DNA of 63,167 nucleotides, counting the filler, from Choristocarpus tenellus KU-1152 (taxonomy: Eukaryota; Protista; Phaeophyceae), in NCBI GenBank assembly GCA_964200185.2. It is 9 parts of 9 records of this genome, joined end to end, with 100 filler letters (N's around TTAATTAATTAA, not from the genome) between each part and the next. Parts side by side here need not be neighbours in the genome. Positions count along the whole stretch, not along the records: positions 56,554 to 63,167 come from CAXNAD020007746.1; 8 more parts are not named here. One strand, 5' to 3'. Made by a program: the position numbers and the translations under genes. Below the pieces are notes generated by a model, which did no database searches, was not told the DNA's origin, and saw nothing but the letters and a program-made list of their open reading frames with translations. Positions within the stretch are counted from its first letter, which is position 1, and the number at the start of each line of letters is the position of its first letter. Positions 63,044 through 63,167 of this stretch are shown here, in pieces.

Positions 63044-63167
63044 CAATATATTGAGCCTTGGGTTTCTAACCCATCATTTCATCATGTCTACATGAGGAGA
63101 TGCGATTCAAGAATTGCGGGAACCTCTTCCTTCCGAGGGCCCATCTGTCCAAGAATTCAGACAGCTT

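Overview
Eukaryotic, intron-rich, repeat-rich genomic DNA, most likely from an ochrophyte such as a brown alga (inferred from TTAGGG telomeres, a bipartite signal + 'AF' plastid-targeting presequence, and a sacsin-like gene). The window is not continuous. Nine contigs are joined by eight artificial 100-bp linkers (N44-TTAATTAATTAA-N44), and several genes are incomplete. Contig 1 (1-17161) starts with a telomere. It carries a decaying, telomere-facing secreted-protein locus: signal peptide + Spherulin-4/GH135 glycoside hydrolase exons, four tandem single-exon EGF modules, and a basic Cys-rich terminal exon. Other contigs carry parts of a sacsin-like gene, a divergent AzgA-type nucleobase permease, Nup50, a STIMATE/TMEM110-like gene, an IQ-motif gene with in-frame stops, and a plastid-targeted class I SAM methyltransferase with a GC-AG intron. 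The intergenic and intronic DNA holds two sister PIF/Harbinger-like MITE families sharing a CAAAGTATCT terminal core (about 18 full or partial copies), mariner and Ty3/Gypsy relics, two long fold-back structures, and several unclassified dispersed repeats.
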